A DNA stretch of 63,879 nt, the filler included, from Octopus bimaculoides (Eukaryota): assembly GCF_001194135.2 (NCBI RefSeq). It is 4 parts of 4 records of this genome, joined end to end, with 100 filler letters (N's around TTAATTAATTAA, not from the genome) between each part and the next. Parts side by side here need not be neighbours in the genome. Positions count along the whole stretch, not along the records: positions 21,371 to 49,177 come from NC_068999.1; 3 more parts are not named here. One strand, written 5' to 3'. Below the pieces are notes generated by a model, which was given only the letters and a program-made list of their open reading frames with translations, searched no databases and was not told the DNA's origin. The position numbers and the translations under genes are program-made. Of the stretch, positions 37,380 through 49,035 are shown one piece after another; position 1 is the stretch's first letter; every line of letters starts with the position of its first letter.

Positions 37380-40300
37380 ATGTTTGTGATGGTAGGTTAA
37401 AAGCAAGAACAACTGTTACGCATGTCTGTTATCAAATGATCACAAAAACCTTTTTAGGTGCTGAATAATATCTCTCCTTCCTGTGTTTCCTCCCTCATCC
37501 CTTTCCCAGTTTTCAGAGTTGGCACTGTAAATGTAGGCACATTGAAAGGTAGGTCTAGCAAGATTGTGGAGATGCTTGAATGTAGGTGTATTGATGTATA
37601 CTGTATACAAGAGGTAAGATGGAGAGGAGCTTCAGCCAGGGTCCTCACAGGCAAAGCACAGATATAAACTCTTCAGGGAAGGTAACAGTGATGGAGTAGA
37701 GGGTGTGGGCATACCTCTTGATGAGAGGGGTGGATAAGGTCATAGAGATTGTCAGGGTGTGCAATAGAGTGCTTAAACTCAGGCTAGTCTTACAGAATAG
37801 TATAGCTACAATTCTCTCTGCCTATGCCCTACAAGCAGGCCTACCAAATGAACAAAACGATCGTTTTTATGATATTATTCTGCAGGCTACCTCCAAGACA
37901 AGTGACAATGATCTCATCTTTGTGGCTAGAGATTTTAATGGGCATGTTGGACAGCAATCTTCCATGGTGTACATGGGGGCCATGGAATTGGCTCCCGAAA
38001 TGAAGAGGGAACTAAGGTCCTGGAGTTCTGTGATGCAAATAATCTATTGATCTGCAACAGCAACTTCAGGAAGCCAGCCAGCCACCTGATAACCTATAAA
38101 TCATATGACTTTGCTAGCCAGATTGATTTCATTCTCACCAGACAGCAAGATGTATGGTTGCTCTTAAATACAAAGACCCTCCCCGATGAAGAATGTACTC
38201 CCCAGCAAAAACCAGTTATTAGCCAGAAGGATGCCAAGAAGCAGACCAATCTGGAAAAGAAGTACTTGGATGCTTAAGAATACTTCACATGGTCAGAGAT
38301 TTAGGAATATCCTTACTGAGAAATTTGATGAGAGGGAGTGGAGAACTACAAACTTGTGACATAGAAAGCAACTGGGAATTCCTGTGAGACAGCTTGCCGA
38401 GCACCACAGACCAAATCTGTGATTGGTGCAAAGTCCCTTCCAGATCTAGGGTAACATGGTGGTGGAACAATACAGTATACAGGGTCATTAGAGCAAAGAA
38501 ACAGGCTTGGAAGCCCTGGAAGAGTAGGAGTAGCAGGGAACTGTATCAGATAGCCAATAGAGAAGCCAGGAGACAGATATATATAGCCAAGGGAGTAGCA
38601 GAAAAGAAGTTTGCCAATGTTCAGCGACATGGGGACCAAAGAACTGAAGTATTTCGAATTGCAAGACAGTGTGTGAGAGAAAATCATGAGGTCATGGGAG
38701 AGAAATGTGTCTGCATGGGTGATGGTGCACTTGCATTTTAATGATTCTGCAAAGAAAAAGGCATGGAGATGCCATTATGAAAGACTGCTGATCCAAATAG
38801 ATAAAGCAATTAAGGATATGAGTTCAGGGAAAGCACCTGGTCCATCAGGAATCACCACTGAGATGCTTAAGATACTGGGCGATGAGGGTTATGGTCTAGT
38901 CACCCACATCATAAATCAGATAGTTCATGAAGGAGTCATACCCAATGACTGGTGTGGCAGCATACGTAAAGGTGATGCTCCAGATAAAAATAACTACAGT
39001 GGTATCAAATTACTGAATCAGGTGATAAAAGTTATGGAGGGTCGTAGCCCAACTAATTAGGAAGAGAGTTAGTGTAGATGAGATGCTGTTTGGTTTTGTG
39101 CCAGGGAGAGGCACCACATGCTATATTTCTGGTAAGGCAACTGCAGGAGAAATACCTAGCCAAAAATAAACCTCTGTACTTGGCTTTCGTTGACTTGGAG
39201 AAAGCCTTTAACAGGGTCTCCCAATCCCTTATCTGGTGGTCAATATAGAAATTAGGGATAGATGAGTGGTTGGTAAGAACCGTACAAGCCCTGTACAGGA
39301 TTGCTGTCAGTAAGGTTGGTTATGAGTATAGTGAAGAATTCTGGGTATAAGTAGGGGTTCACCAAGGATCAGTCCTCAGCCCCCTCGTATTCATCTTAGT
39401 CCTCCAGGCAATAACAGAGGAATTCAAGACAGGCTTCCCCTGAGAGCCAAGTCCCTACCAGAACTAGAGACGAAGTTTAGGGTCAGCCTAGTTTAGAGTC
39501 AACCTAGCAAAAACCAAAGTTTTAGTAAGTAGGAAGGCAGACAAATCACAAACCCCTTCAGTTAGATGGCCCTTCTCGATCTGTAGAAAAGGCGTAGGTA
39601 GAAACTCCATAAGATGTATCCAGTGTAAGCTATGGACACATAAGAAATGCAGCAATATGAAAGGAAGGTTAACTGGGAAGATAGTTTTTTTGTGTGACTG
39701 ATGTACAGGAACAATAAAGACTGAAGATGTACAGAAAACAGATTCCATCACATGCCAAGGGGAAAAACTAGAAGTAGTTGATAGCTTCTGCTACCTAGGC
39801 AACGAAGTCTGCAGTGGAGGTGGATGCTCTGAGAGCGTAGCTGCTAGAATAAGAATAGCCTGGGCAAAGTTCAGAGAGCTCCTACCTCTGATGGCAACTA
39901 AGGGCCTCTCACTCGGAGTGAAAGGTAGACTATATGATGCATGTGTGCAAACTGCTATGCTACACAGCAGTGAAACATGGGACATGCATATGCTTGAAAG
40001 AAATGAAGCTAGTATGATCTGCTGGATGGGTAATGTCAGTGTGCATACACGGCGCAGTGCAAGCACCATGAGAGAAAAACTAGACAAAAGAAGCATCAAA
40101 TGTAGAGTGCAAGAGAGACAACTGTGCTGGTATGGTCATGTGTTACATATGGATGAGGGCAACTGTGTGAGGAAGTGCCACACCCTAACAGTGGAAGTAA
40201 ACTGTGGAAGAGGTAGACCCAGGAAGACATGGGATGAGGTGGTGAAGCATGACCTTTGAACGTTGGGCCTCACAGAGGCAATGACAAGACACAGAGACCT

Positions 40301-40480
40301 TTGGAGATATGCTGTGATTGAAAAGACTTGGCAAGTAAAGTGAGATCACAGCCATGGCCAATGCCAGTGTTGCATGATCAGCCCATTTAAAAATACCCTT
40401 GAAGCATTGGCCGATATGATATACTTGAGAAGATCTGTTGAATCAAGTAAAATCAAAATTGTAGCCATGCCAATGGCATG
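37380..40480 (+). mobile_element. RTE-clade LINE, near full-length ORF2 (APE endonuclease + RT), heavily disrupted
   Basis: FRVGTVNVGTLKGRS.KIVEMLE.R.ID..CIQEVRWRG; DFNGHVG; QIDFILTR; KAPGPSGIT.EMLK; FVDLEKAFNR; HQGSVLSPLVF; YLGNEVCSGGGC; GRGRPRKTWDEVVKHDL. Confidence 0.92.
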
Positions 40481-41689
40481 TAAAATGCACCATCCGAAAA
40501 GAAAATGGTATGGTTTACATAAGCAGCTACACATTAGGTGTTATATTGACAAATGTTTGGGCAACACAAGTGCAACTTTTTAAATGTTTGAAGCCATTAA
40601 GCTGGCAATAAACAAATAAAACTTCAGAAAACAAGCTGGTCAGAGGTTAAAGGTTTCAAGCAAAAGTATCATTCTCCTCTGCATACCTACATACACATGT
40701 AAATGCACGCACACACACACACATATACACATGCACACGAATGCACGCCCACCTGCATGCATGCATATATACACACATTCGATGGTTTGTTGATTCTTTT
40801 CAATTCATTCAGCCTTTAACAAATTTTGTTTTTCTCCTCAGTGTTCAAAAACTGTCTTCTTCTGCCTGCAAGTTTGATGAAGTTACTTGTCTGGTCACTG
40901 AAGGCTTAAACATGCACAGATTGTACTGGGTTATGTGGTCACTAGTAGTCTCTAATCTTTAGTTATCAGATCCCCTGACCTGACATGCATGTGTGTGTAT
41001 ATGTGTGTGCGTGCATGCATGATCCTCATCATTATTCTCATCATCCTCATTATCATCATTTTAAATCCCTGATTCTATTTCAGCAGAGGTTGAACAGGTC
41101 TCATAGCATTCTGCCTCACATCAGATTCCTTCTATGTATGTCATGGCTCTTGTCAGTTTCTATGGCTAAATGGTCTTCTTATTATCAACCTCTTCTCTGG
41201 TGTTGGTGACACCCAGCCTACAAACACTAGAAAAGTCTTTTGTGGCAGGACTTAGAAAATTTGTTCTACTTTCTATCAGTATGTATTCAGAGTTATTGCT
41301 CTCTTAGGTAAATTTGGGTGGGACCATTTTCATATATCGATGAAAGGTGACCAACTCTGATACAGGAAGGTGATTTGCTATTAAGCGGCTCATAATAGCT
41401 GTCTAAGTCATAATGGCTATCTTGGTTATGTTGGTAGGCAGAGGTCAGGATCGATGGAACTCATAGAGATAGTTTTAAGTAATATTAGTAGTTAATTAAT
41501 AAACAAAGTTAAACTAACTGCATAACTGAGTACTGCAACTCAACTCATATATGTTTTCCTCTAAGTATTGTTTATATAATTGGAAGTTCTTTTGATGTAA
41601 CCTGCTATATCGTAAATGCTACAGACCAGATTCTGTGTTTGGAAGAAGATACAAGCTAGATATAACATAGCATGGTGCTGGAATATCTC

Positions 41690-42930
41690 TGTAGATAGAG
41701 GATTAGAACTTGAGGGCAGTTGTAAGTATTTAGGTGTTTGTGAAGGAGATGGAATTAAATAATCATGTAAGAAAAAAATTCTCCTGTAGAGTAAGAGCTA
41801 TCCTGCAAATCAAGTTGAGTACCAGAAACAAAAGTGGAACCATAAATACATTAGCCATGCCTGTAATCACATACAGTTTCAGTACCATTAACTGGTTCAC
41901 TACTGAGATAACAAAGTTGATGTCAAAATCCAAAAGCTGATGCCAATGCATCATGTACATCACTCAAAAGTAAACAGATAAGTTATATGTTTCAAGAGAA
42001 GAAAGGAATTGTGGGGTTGGGTTAATACAATCCCAACTCACACTGAAAATTGTAGCGTTAGAACTTTCTGCCTACTTATAACAAGCAACCAACTGGGTGT
42101 TCAAATTAGTTCTGAGACATAAAGATACCAAAAAGTTGCACTTAGTGATGAAAAATGCTATAATATACCTTTGGGAAATGTAGCTAGATGAATTAATACC
42201 AGAAGAAAGTGTGCTCCTCACTGAAAAAGCAAAACAAGCAAAAAATATAATCAAACAAACCAGCCTCCAATGCACTGAAGAGAAATGAGAGCAAAAACCA
42301 CTGCATAATAAATACCTGATTAGAGCCAGATATCCTGATATAGATCAAACCCATACCCTTCAATGGCTGGCATGCTCTAGTCTCAAGCTGGAAACTGAGA
42401 TCAATGTCTTCTACTAAGAATTACCAGTATAATGTTCTGAAACATGAAAGCAGCCCATCATATTGCATATGCAGCGAATATACAGAGACAATCAATCACC
42501 TAATCTCTGGATATGGTTGACTGATACCAACAGAGCATTTGCAAAGACATTACAGGGCAACTCAGTACATATTCTGATCAATATCCCTTACATACAATCT
42601 TCCTCGAAAAGAGAAGTGAGAATGGGGATGTACAAACTGTCCTGACAGTGTTCAGGTTGATTGGGAAATTCAGGCTAACTGACCAGATAATGTTGAAACG
42701 ATTTCTCTTTTGATTGATGTTGCAGCCCCAGCTGATAAAAACACACCACTGAAAATGTTTGAGAAATTGAGCAAATAGAACTTAGAAATAGAAATCAGAA
42801 GAATGTGATATCTCAATGCAACAACATTAACTATTGGGCACTTGGAATGACATCAAAATGCACAAGCAAATATGCAGAACAAATTCCTGGCAGTTTCAAA
42901 ATAAAGGAATTACAAAAAACCATATTTTAT
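41690..42930 (+). mobile_element. R4/Dong-like LINE 3' part including a restriction-like endonuclease remnant
   Basis: YKYLGV.EGDGI; RVRAILQIKLSTRNK..TINTLAMPVITYSF; LIDVAAPADKN...EIEIRRM; ALGM...IPGSFKIKELQK. Confidence 0.75.
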
Positions 42931-42983
42931 GTAAGTCCCTCTCTATGTAAATATAATCTTATTCATTCAGTTTTATTACAAAT

Positions 42984-43021
42984 TAGCTTAAAAGCTGCCT
43001 GATAGGGCAGCTTTTAAGCTA
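42984..43021. repeat. Perfect 16-bp inverted repeat with a 6-nt loop
   Basis: TAGCTTAAAAGCTGCC-TGATAG-GGCAGCTTTTAAGCTA. Confidence 0.9.
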
Positions 43022-43171
43022 GCTCCTGTGGAGGGCTCTTCATTGGGCCTTGGACCCAACAATGATACTTCATGCATTGAGTACATATTAAATCTTATTA
43101 AACTTGAACAATATTTTTCAAGCAATGAACAATTTTCATCAAAACAAGGATATAATTTGTCAACTTGGAAC

Positions 43172-43760
43172 TTATTGCAAAGCTGCATGATAAACAATTT
43201 TTGTCTTCCCATTCGAGGTCAGTAGAAATAGCTTGTTTCCATTCCCTACCATCGAACAACCAGCATATAGCTGACAATGAGAAAAGTAGGGTTCCATGAG
43301 ATGCAGCTCTGTTACTTTCAATTATTGTTCTTGAGACTTATTGATTGACATTGCGTAGTTCACTCTCACTGGAAACTGAAGTCTTTTGAACTCAAAAGGA
43401 AGATCTGAAGAAATTAAGGGAATTCTTGGAATTAAAACTCTTTCCTCCTTTCCTGGACCAGTAAAGATTTCTGCTTCCAAGAGATGATGAAGCATCTTCT
43501 TGATTATTAACCTTGTTCCATTACAAAGATCCAGATTTCTCAAAAGCATAACTGATCCATTTTCTTTTAGTTCCAGCTTGTGTGATGGCATTCCAGGAGG
43601 ATTCAATGAGTTCAGGAACTCTTTTGGATAATTCACTGCCTGCTCTTGTTCAACCACAGTCCTCTCTGCAGCCTTGGCTGTTTTGATTGCAATCTGGTCC
43701 TCTGTTGGCAGAGATTTATTTTCGAGAAGGATACTGTTGCCATATGTGATAAGCAACAAT
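43172..43760 (-). mobile_element. Helitron Pif1-like helicase C-terminal fragment
   Basis: AVNYPKEFLNSLNPPGMPSHKLELK...VMLLRNL.LCNGTRLIIKK...PRIPLI.SDLPFEFKRLQFPVRV.YAMSINKSQ.Q, then L.EPYFSH.QLYAGCS.VG...GKTKIVY..ALQ*. Confidence 0.9.
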
Positions 43761-44562
43761 AAACTTACCTTTTAACAGTTCAACAATAATTCTTCTGCTG
43801 CCACTTAATTTAAAGACAATTTGATGTATGTAGGGCTTTACTTTTCGTACAAACAATTATTTGTAGTAGCTGGTACATATCTAAACTCCTGTTTGTAGTT
43901 TGAAGGAAAATTACACCACTGTTGCTAAACACTATTTTAAAGTGCGATTTTTATGGTTTGGAATTGCTATAAACATATTTGACCATAAAGATGTTTGAAA
44001 TTTAGTATTTTTTAAGGCAATGATAAAATTAGTTGAATCTATTTTCATGCTGCTGGAGTGCACTAAATTTCCGTAGCTCCAATGGTTGATGGCATGAAAA
44101 CAGGTCTGACAGATTTTATTAATATCTGAAAAAATACTAAGTTTCCAACATTCTTATGGTAGAGAGTTATGAGAGGTAATATTGTATGAGTGATTGAGTT
44201 CAATACGTATTTCGGTTATGAATGTTATGAAGCACGTGTTATAGTTAAATTACTTGTAGTCATTGAATAGTGAGAAAGGGGTAAAGCATGAGGAATAGTA
44301 GAAGTGTCATTGAATAGTGAGAGAGGGTGTCGGAGGAGTAAAGTTGAAAAAAAGTGTGTCATACTGACACTCACTTTCGCATTTATTATTATAGATTTTA
44401 TAAAAAAAACATCAGTCTTTTTTTTCAATTATATGGCATCTCATATGTTCACATCTTAGATGCAAAAACTTGTGGTTCCTTGATGTCTTTAGTTGAGACT
44501 TGAGTGCAGCTTGCATAAATTAAAGCAAAAAAAGGCAAAACATAATAATAATAACACTAATA

Positions 44563-44604
44563 ATCATAGTAGTAAAATAATGATAATAATAATAATAAAA
44601 ATAA

Positions 44605-44669
<65 letters not shown>

Positions 44670-44885
44670 TTTCAAATTTTGGCACCAGGCTAGCAATTTT
44701 AGGGAAAAAGGTTAGCTGGATACAGCAATACCAATACATGACTGGTACTTTCTTTTATTGACCCTGAAGAGATCAAAGGCAAAGCTGACCTTAGTGAAAT
44801 CTGAACTCAGAACATAGCGTGTCAGAAAAAATACTGCAAGCATTTTCCTGATGCTCTGATAATTCTATCAGATCACTACCTTAAG
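44563..44885 (-). mobile_element. (TAA)n tract followed by a SINE B copy, just inside the Popeye intron
   Basis: (TAA)n at 44563-44668; CAAAGGCAAAGCTGACCTTAGTGAAATCTGAACTCAGAAC matches family B. Confidence 0.7.
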
Positions 44886-44947
44886 ATAATAACAATAATA
44901 GTATTAATAATATGAAGAATAAGAATAAGAAACAATTTTCATCTCAC

Positions 44948-45525
44948 CTTCCTCGTAACAAAAGAGAAAGCTTCTCACCACATGGAGTAATTCCTTCTGT
45001 TGCATAAACACTTCCTTGGCGCAGATAAACAAGTCTGCCAACCCGCGTTAATGATTTGAATTCAATACGGGACACACCAAGTGGTTTAAACAATTTGGCA
45101 TAAACATCTTCAAAATCTTTATGTATATGGACGGGATACATGCTATAGGCCAAGTAGAAAATGTGCCCGATATTGATACAAAAGAAGGCACAGTTCCATC
45201 CAAGTATGTCTGGCACACATATGAAGACACCAGCCCAGAGAATGTAGAAAAGAAATGTGAAAAGGAGAAGACATCTCAGGAATAATATATGGTATTGGAA
45301 GCTAATTGGGGTAAGGAAAGAAAAAGCCATACACAGACTGCCCAACTGAAAGAGGATATGCTGGACATCTTGCCAAACATCGCAAGATTCAGTTCCATTA
45401 TATGATGTTGAATTCAAAGTTGTGTTAACCACAATTGGCTGCAGTGTTTGCATTAATGGAGAACTGTTCACTAATCCTTCAGCTGTAGTGCTGCTTCCAC
45501 TGTCAGTTGAGTTAAACAGCATCAT
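44948..45525 (-). CDS. BVES: Popeye-domain-containing (BVES/POPDC family) membrane protein, first coding exon (partial CDS, ~192 aa)
   Basis: Open frame MMLFNSTD...CDVWQDVQHILFQLGSLCMAFSFLTP...HILFLRCLL...ILWAGVFICVPDILGWNCAFFCINIGHIFYLAY...VYAKLFKPLGV...YATEGITPCGEKLSLLLRGR aligns by eye with vertebrate BVES (CENWREIHHLVFH...DIMIWNSVFLGVNILH...RLFEPLRV...DRLSILLKGK). It has an N-terminal cluster of N-x-S/T sequons and three hydrophobic segments. Acceptor tctctttgcAG|ATT (exon starts 45567); donor AG|GTGAGA (intron starts 44947, phase 2). The family call is firm; paralog identity (BVES vs POPDC2/3-like) is not. Confidence 0.9.
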
Positions 45526-45830
45526 TTGGCTGAAATCTAATGTGGACCATTCAAATAACTGGGGAATCTGCAAAGAGATGTAGAAAGAAGAGATGAGAGA
45601 TTTGTGTGATAAGAAATTAAAAAAAAAATACCCCACAAGACCCCAATAAAATAGATAAAGAAAAATTGTAAAATCTGAAGGAAAAAATGAAAATAACTTA
45701 AATTTCCCGAGGAGTTTTAGTTGATATGCTTAATATAATACTCAAATTAGTGTTTAATTTCAATGTTTCATGCAAATTATTTAGTTTATTTTTAAGGTTG
45801 TTTCTACAGATATTTTATAGAAATTATAAT

Positions 45831-46152
45831 CAGCACTGATTTTTGCTACAGTGTTTCATATTGAGACATAAGATGTAAACAAGCAGGAAGATCGGAGACA
45901 AAAGTGGGAAATGAATGTATATGCCATATTTTGGGGGTTGTTGCCCCTTCATTAGCACCCATCTGTCTCCGAACACATGTGGCTATATAAGCAGTGTGTT
46001 CAAAGACAGAAGTAGGTTAGATGAGTGCTGATAAAGGGGCAACAATCTCCAAAATATGGCATATACACTCATTACCCACTTTTGTCTTCACTCTCATTGC
46101 TTGTTTACATCTGATGTCTCCATATGAAACAGTGTAGCAAAAATCAGTGCTG
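45831..46152. repeat. Palindromic MITE-like element with ~140-bp imperfect arms
   Basis: CAGCACTGATTTTTGCTACAGTGTTTCATAT...ATATGCCATATTTTGGGGGTTGTTGCCCCTT mirrors AAGGGGCAACAATCTCCAAAATATGGCATAT...ATATGAAACAGTGTAGCAAAAATCAGTGCTG. Confidence 0.85.
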
Positions 46153-46321
46153 GCCATAGAAACAAACCTTAAAAATAACAAGCGCTACTGATTCAGTAGG
46201 ACATGGTACTGACTTATAAATACATTTAGTATACTTCATAGTATATTATGTTTGTGTAATGATGTGTCTCCTACCTACAAACCTTTAATATTATTTAATG
46301 TTTAAGTGCTACATGTATATA

Positions 46322-47620
46322 CAGGATCTTGTAGATAAATTGAGATAATTTTTATGATGCTTATGCATCATAAAAATTATCTCAACTGGTTATAAATACT
46401 AAAATAATGGTAGCAGACAGATATAATTTTAATGTAACATTTATTACAACAAAAACATTTATCACTCAGTATGGCTGCCCTTTTGGGCAATTATTGCCTT
46501 GACATGAGAGCAAAATTTTTTTGCAGCTGTTGCAACTTCTGCCTCTTTGATTTTGTGTGTCACATGCACGATGCAGGTCTTCAAACTGTTGGCACTCAAG
46601 TGTGGTGAAACATTGGTCCTTGCTTGAAGTACATCCCATAAAAAGTAATCGAGAAAGTTGAGATCTGGGCTATTAGTGGGCCAGATGTTGGCCTTCACAA
46701 AAAATGGCACCTTCTCACTGAGGAAGGCTTGTATTGCTTTTGGCCCATGGCATGGTGCAGAATCCAGGATAAGCACCACATTATCAAACCCAAACTTCTA
46801 CTCCAACCAAGTTGACAGAGAGTTCTTCAGGATGTCCAGATACTGCTTTGTGCTGATCTTAAAACCAGACTCAATGAAGTTGTGGATCCATGACACTTCC
46901 ATCACTTGCTACAGTTCCAAATATCATCACAGAGGCAGGATTCTTAGTCTCAAACATGATGAGGATGTCAGAAGGGTTGTATGCAATCACTTAAGGATTT
47001 CTGCAATTCACCTCAGTATCCACAGTATACTCCTTGTTCACAAACACGAGAGTTTTTCCTGCACCTTTATGCTTGATAAATGACAGAAGCTTTGGGCATC
47101 TCTCAGCTCTGAATGCTTTGGCCTTGGCTGTTAGGAGGTGACGGTGTTGTCGAACATTGCAAGTCATGCCAAAGTTCCTGTTCACAGCTTTGGACACCAT
47201 GGAAAGGAACACATTGTGTTTCTTTGCAAGAGTTGTCACGGATGTAGATGGGTTGGCTTCAATCAAGTGTTTGAGGCCAGTGAGAAATTTTTGACTGCAC
47301 TTGGAATCCCTTTGAGTCTTGTGTTCTTTTCTATCAATATTTCCTTCTTCTTTAAACTGTTTATACACATGATAAACTGTTGGAGGTTTTGTTAACTTAA
47401 CAATCTTATTGGCAGTGTGCCAATAAAATTTGACTTAACAAATTTATTGGCATGTGCCAAGACAACAATGGTAAAATGATTTGGTTGTTCCATAACTTTC
47501 TGTTGTTGAATGAGTTTGTATTTACCTGAAAAATAAAGAGGAGGATTAGATTTTCAAGCAAGCAAGATTTTGTCAAAAAATTGAAATGTTAAACCCACTT
47601 AATTTATCTGCAAGACACTG
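46322..47620 (-). mobile_element. maT-type (DD37D) Tc1/mariner element, both TIRs present, transposase disrupted
   Basis: ILDSAPCHG...IWPTNSPDLNFLDYFLW has 37 residues between the two Ds. TIRs are CAGGATCTTGTAGATAAATTGAG and CTTAATTTATCTGCAAGACACTG. Confidence 0.85.
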
Positions 47621-47964
47621 CATATAAAAGTATATATATATGTAGATATATACATATGTACAAGGCTGGCCTTAGGAGATGTGGGGCCCAGCTGGGAACA
47701 ATTTTGGTGGACACCGGGTTCCCAGGCAACTTGTACCTCTGAAATTCCCTCCCTCTCACCTCGGAGTTATTTTCTTGTTTTCTTTTCAGGTGCTATCAAC
47801 TAATCTCACCTCCTAATATACTGCAGAGGACATTTTTCCTCTTCACAGCATATTTGGAGATCAGAATAGTGGCTCTTTTGTATGTTTAATGACTACTATT
47901 TCAAGTATACTAAACAGCTACATTAAGGACGGGCTGCCTTTCAGTTTATTTAAAATAGAGTATA

Positions 47965-48024
<60 letters not shown>

Positions 48025-48094
48025 ATATATGCCTATATTTATGTGTATATGTGTGTGTATATGATGTATATGTGTGTATGTATGTGTGTGTGTG

Positions 48095-48126
<32 letters not shown>

Positions 48127-48201
48127 GACATACACATATATACATACACATATATACATACACATATATACATACACATATATACATACACATATATACA
48201 T

Positions 48202-48712
48202 TCATCACCATCATCGTCGTTTAATGTCTGCTTTCCATGTTTGCATGGGTTGAACGATTTGACTGAGGACTGGTGAACCAGATGGCTGCACCAGGCTCCA
48301 ATCTGATCTGGCAGAGTTTCCACAGCTGGATGCCCTTCCTAACGCCAACCATTCCGAGAGTGTAGTGGGTGCTTTTACGTGCCACTGGCACGAGGGTCAG
48401 TCTGGCAGTACTGGCAACGGCCACACTCAAATGGTGTTTTTTACATGCCACCTGCACAGGAGTCAGTCCAACAGCAATGGCAACGACCTCGCTCGAATGT
48501 TTTGTTCACGTGCCACTGGTAAAAGTGCCAGTAAGGCAACGCTGGTAACGATCACACTCAAATGGTACTTTTTACATGCCACCAGCACGGAAGCCAGGCA
48601 GCTGCTCTGGCAGTGATCCCGCTTGGCTGGTGCTGTTAGCGCTCCACCGGCATGGGTGCCAGTCATTGAATTTGGTTCAATTTTGATTTCACTTGCCCCA
48701 ACAGGTCTTCAC
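48202..48712 (-). mobile_element. RTE LINE 3' UTR and tail fragment (target of the LTR insertion)
   Basis: CATCATCGTCGTTTAATGTCTG...GCTGGATGCCCTTCCTAACGCCAACC is homologous to 25721-26200. Confidence 0.8.
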
Positions 48713-49000
48713 TGTGGTATGACGTCAGTGTCTGGGGAGGCTGACCAGAAGGGTGAGTTGACCGGAAGAGGAAAAAGGGCAGAGGGAGCCTCGATCGGGA
48801 TTCGTGCCCTTTTCGAACGGGGTCGTGGTCAGGACAAGACGTGTTAAGCGACGGCCTAGGTTTGGGAGAAGCAGCTGCTATTCCTGGTGTTCTTTGGGTC
48901 GGGGTAAGCTTCAAGGATTGGATACCGCAAGACAGACTCGCAGTCGACGAAAGGAAAACCGAGGTAAGGCGATTACATCTACTCGCACGCATATACCACA
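48713..49000 (+). mobile_element. 5' LTR (288 bp) of a Gypsy-type LTR retrotransposon
   Basis: Begins TGTGGTAT and ends ATACCACA (perfect 8-bp terminal inverted repeat, TG...CA). It interrupts an RTE 3' UTR fragment exactly at 48712, is CpG-rich, and is followed after 35 nt by a gag-like ATG. Only one LTR copy is visible because of the gap at 49178. Confidence 0.75.
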
Positions 49001-49012
49001 AGCTATTTCGGC
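49001..49012 (+). other. Putative primer-binding site complementary to tRNA-Phe nt 1-12
   Basis: AGCTATTTCGGC is the reverse complement of GCCGAAATAGCT, the conserved 5' end of metazoan tRNA-Phe(GAA) (recalled from human and Drosophila). It abuts the LTR terminal CA with no spacer. Confidence 0.65.
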
Positions 49013-49035
49013 CTCACGTGTAGAAATTCGCCGCG

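Noticed and set aside
45526-45636. ORF-track start at 45636 for the Popeye protein
   Set aside because: 45636-45568 is the polypyrimidine tract and acceptor of the intron. The exon starts at 45567 and the first in-exon ATG is at 45525.
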